This document shows positions 33,551 to 35,900 of a stretch of DNA of 35,900 bases, piece after piece. The position numbers and the translations under genes were made by a program. Within the stretch, counting starts at the first letter, position 1, and every line of letters begins with the position of its first letter. The DNA is taken from IMG/VR virus record IMGVR_UViG_3300036904_000005, positions 1 to 35,900 of that record; one strand, given 5' to 3'. The notes below the pieces were generated by a model, which worked only from the letters and a program-made list of their open reading frames with translations, was not told where the DNA came from and did not search any database. The stretch comes from a virus. Taxonomy: Duplodnaviria; Caudoviricetes.

Positions 33551-34209
33551 CGCTTCGGCTCCCAATACTGGCAGGTCTTCACTTTACACCAGCCCTTGCA
33601 CAGAAAACAGGGCTTCGGCGGGAAATTTTGATCGACGTGCGCCTGATGATACCGCGCGACTCTTGGCAGGAAATCAGCCCACACGTCCGCTGTCTCTGCC
33701 CTGGAGATCTTGGCGATAGTAGCTTTCTTGGTCGACATCCAGAGATAGCTCATGGTGATCTCTTCGATGCTCGGGTCCAGGTGGAACGTGACCGCCGCAT
33801 TTAACCTAAGCTGCTGGTCGTCGTCCTTTTGCTTGCCGGTCTTCCAGTCCCAGATGACAGCCTGCGGGCCGTTGATCTGGGTGAGGTCTGACTTCACCCG
33901 GAGCCACGCGTCCTTGGCGTACCACTCGACGGGCGTCCACTGGTCGTTGAGGCATATCTGCTGCTCGACGGACTTTTCACCGGGGGCGTCGTAGATCTTC
34001 TGGAACGTCGGCGTCCAGTGCAACAGGTTCAACGGCAGCTTCTGCCGCTTCTTCATAAACAGTTCGATGGCCTTGTGGACCTCGTCGCCGTAAGCCATCT
34101 GGTCGGACTTCTCGAACGGGATCGTCTTGCCAACGCTCTCGTGCCAGAACTTGCGGGGGCACTGCTCGTAATTGATCAGGCGCGAATAACTCCAAGCTGT
34201 TTGCTTCAC
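33547..34209 (-). CDS. PD-(D/E)XK exonuclease (RecB/Cas4-like)
   Basis: WSYSRL...QCPRKF, GDEVHKAIE, EQQI, KSDL, DWKTGK, QL, and C-terminal Cys cluster LCKGWCKVKTC. Confidence 0.88.
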   Translation of the reverse strand: MKQTAWSYSRLINYEQCPRKFWHESVGKTIPFEKSDQMAYGDEVHKAIELFMKKRQKLPLNLLHWTPTFQKIYDAPGEKSVEQQICLNDQWTPVEWYAKDAWLRVKSDLTQINGPQAVIWDWKTGKQKDDDQQLRLNAAVTFHLDPSIEEITMSYLWMSTKKATIAKISRAETADVWADFLPRVARYHQAHVDQNFPPKPCFLCKGWCKVKTCQYWEPKR

Positions 34210-34481
34210 TACGCTCTCCAGTCATCCATGTGCTTGTACAACGCTATGCTCAGCAGCGCGCACTCTCGTTCTCTTGTCAAGTTAGAGCGGTACATGCTCG
34301 TGCGCCATTGAAGGTTGTCCTTGTTCTCGGTAGCGAGGATCAGCAAGCTGTCGACTTTGATTTCGCCGCGCTCGATATCTCGTATCAAGATCTTCAGAAG
34401 ACTGACCGCATCGATGTCCAGGTTGGACTTGGCCTTGGCTTCCTTGCGCACCAGGTCCATGTCCACGATCTCATTCTTCAC
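34209..34481 (-). CDS. Hypothetical protein
   Basis: Probable GTG start at 34481 overlapping the upstream stop. About 90 aa. Its stop abuts the nuclease start. Confidence 0.6.
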   Translation of the reverse strand: MKNEIVDMDLVRKEAKAKSNLDIDAVSLLKILIRDIERGEIKVDSLLILATENKDNLQWRTSMYRSNLTRERECALLSIALYKHMDDWRA

Positions 34482-34741
34482 TGCATTCTCCGGTGGCGCC
34501 ACACGGCCACGAACGGGGTTTTGAATTCGAGGTACGGATCGCACCAACAAGTCTGGTGAGGGTCATGTTCGCACGGGCAGCCATGATCAACTGTGACGTG
34601 AACTTCAGGTACGCCGTCGTCGCCGCAGCCGTCGCGCGGGTCGAAGTGTCCAAGCATTCCTTTGAGTCGCGCTTCACGTGAGAGCCTGTCGGCGGTGTTT
34701 ACGTATTCCGGCAGTGCCTCGACGTTGTCTGACTTTTTCAA
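34478..34741 (-). CDS. Small His/Cys-rich protein (HxxxxxCWCxP); start uncertain
   Basis: EHDPHQTCWCDP...VWRH motif. Its stop overlaps the next GTG. Confidence 0.5.
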   Translation of the reverse strand: MKKSDNVEALPEYVNTADRLSREARLKGMLGHFDPRDGCGDDGVPEVHVTVDHGCPCEHDPHQTCWCDPYLEFKTPFVAVWRHRRMQ

Positions 34742-35009
34742 TGACGGCCTCCGGGTCCAGGTTGAGTATCGAGCAGACCCACTGGAACGATCCTATCACT
34801 TTCGTCTCGCTCCTGAACCACGCGAGCGCCGTCCGCTGATGATAGTGGTTGTCGGTCAGCAGGAGCCGCTTGCAGCCACGCGGGCAAACGTCCGAGTGGG
34901 AGTGGATCTGTGCCGGCGGGACGGGGATGGTGGCATCCTCCAGCGCCTGTACGAGGACCGCCATCCAGATGTGGCCGAAGCAGTCCATCTCGGGAACGTC
35001 AAAGTTCAT
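34674..35009 (-). CDS. Conserved hypothetical phage protein
   Basis: IWMAVLVQALEDA...ALAWF...GSFQWVCSILNLDP pattern. ATGA-coupled to the polymerase stop. Confidence 0.75.
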   Translation of the reverse strand: MNFDVPEMDCFGHIWMAVLVQALEDATIPVPPAQIHSHSDVCPRGCKRLLLTDNHYHQRTALAWFRSETKVIGSFQWVCSILNLDPEAVIEKVRQRRGTAGIRKHRRQALT

Positions 35010-35900
35010 TTCGCATTGCCGTAACTGTCTCCGTGTCCGACCTCGACCCCAATGGGCAGGTCAGGCAGGCAGTCTAAGCTGCGCGACATAACTTTTACAA
35101 TAGCCCCCTCACATATTTCTAAGCACTGTTCAGGGACATGAAACACAAGCTCGTCGTGCACCTGCAATGCTGGTGGCAAGCCCATGTCCGTAAGGGTTAG
35201 CTCGTCCCGCACTGCGACTATGCGGGCTAGGCCCTGCGCGATGTTCTCCAGGAAGTGTCCGCCCCAGATCTTGGCACCATCCTCCCACGAGAGCTTGGCG
35301 TCTTCGCCGTCGGCATCCAGCGCCCGGTACTTCCTGCTCCGGAAATATAACCCCTTCGGGCCTGACGCGATGTCCGGGTATTGGATCGGCATCCCGTTCG
35401 GTAGGATGATCCGCTCGTGGGCGAACGTGATCCCCTTCCAGACGTACAAGCCAGTGGGGTCGATCAGGAACTTGCCGGCCAGTTGGTCTAGGGCTTTCCA
35501 CAAGGCAGGAATACCTGGGTACTTTGAACGGTACAGCGCCACAATGCGTCGAGCTTCCTGGTCGGTGAAGATCACACCCTCGGTCGCCATCTTGTGCTGG
35601 AACTTCTTCCAGCCCATGCCGTAGCCGAGCCCGAGAATGCAGTTAGAGACAATCAACGCACCGTCATCGGTCTTAATAGTAAACCTATGTCGCGGTCCCG
35701 CTGATAATAGATCGTAGACGCGCGATCTCTTTTTCAAGGTCTCCCACTCGTCTCCTATTCGCTGCGTTCTCGCTTCGCGTTGCGAATCTAATATTGCCTG
35801 GTTCGTAGTTCCCAGTGACCGTAAGCATTCCGCTCCGGTGTCCAATGCTTGGCAGAGGATATCGGCGTCGCGTACCAGAGATTGCGCTTCCGACCACTGC
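35006..35900 (-). CDS. Family A DNA polymerase, C-terminal part (5' partial, intein-interrupted)
   Basis: Motif B C-half ILGLGYGMG, YRSKYPGI, ILPNG, ENIAQGLAR and motif C QVHDELV. The frame is open to the window end. Confidence 0.93.
   Translation of the reverse strand, partial: QWSEAQSLVRDADILCQALDTGAECLRSLGTTNQAILDSQREARTQRIGDEWETLKKRSRVYDLLSAGPRHRFTIKTDDGALIVSNCILGLGYGMGWKKFQHKMATEGVIFTDQEARRIVALYRSKYPGIPALWKALDQLAGKFLIDPTGLYVWKGITFAHERIILPNGMPIQYPDIASGPKGLYFRSRKYRALDADGEDAKLSWEDGAKIWGGHFLENIAQGLARIVAVRDELTLTDMGLPPALQVHDELVFHVPEQCLEICEGAIVKVMSRSLDCLPDLPIGVEVGHGDSYGNAK
35642..35900 (-). mobile_element. Intein (C-terminal part) in polymerase motif B
   Basis: Block F/G VYDLLSAGPRHRFTIKTDDGALIVSN followed by Cys+1 (35639-35641) and ILGLGYG. 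Confidence 0.88.
35685..35900 (-). pseudogene. Internally deleted HNH homing endonuclease remnant in an alternative frame inside the intein
   Basis: IGHRSGMLTVTG (an HNH-protein N-terminal motif) is fused directly to NYEPGNIRFATRSENAANRR (an HNH C-terminal motif). The catalytic core is missing. Confidence 0.75.

Noticed and set aside
33547-34209. Cas4-like nuclease as evidence of CRISPR-Cas
   Set aside because: Stand-alone PD-(D/E)XK exonucleases are routine in phage replication modules. There is no array and no cas1/cas2.
1-35900. tRNA, rRNA, integrase, att site or terminal repeats
   Set aside because: None recognised. Both window ends fall inside genes, so lifestyle and genome ends cannot be judged.

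Overview
The whole window is a GC-rich tailed-phage (podovirus-like) genome segment with two convergent, tightly coupled gene blocks. The embedded Rz/Rz1 spanin pair implies a Gram-negative host. The + strand block (1-23611) is morphogenesis: scaffold (5' partial), major capsid, adaptors, several tail/fibre proteins, nozzle, an interposed lysis cassette (holin-like, GH108 endolysin, Rz/Rz1), a GNAT-like protein, two ejection-type proteins and a 2432-aa polyvalent protein with a HExxH peptidase. The - strand block (23601-35900) is replication and nucleotide metabolism: family A DNA polymerase (5' partial, intein-containing), PD-(D/E)XK exonuclease, HslV/proteasome-beta-like Ntn hydrolase, T5 A1-like metallophosphoesterase, dATP/dGTP diphosphohydrolase-like protein, VRR-NUC, 3'-5' exonuclease, SNF2 helicase, SSB-like protein and primase-helicase. 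Most notable: (i) a polymerase intein ending in Ser-Asn that carries an internally deleted HNH endonuclease remnant in a different reading frame; (ii) an exact 32-bp repeat and a P-x-P-x-D-T-V peptide motif shared by the scaffold and the giant internal protein; (iii) a three-hairpin candidate structured RNA upstream of the SSB-like gene pair; (iv) a coupled protease/phosphoesterase/membrane protein/dNTP hydrolase cassette; (v) a hairpin written into both converging ORF ends. All family assignments come from motif recognition by eye, not from database searches.
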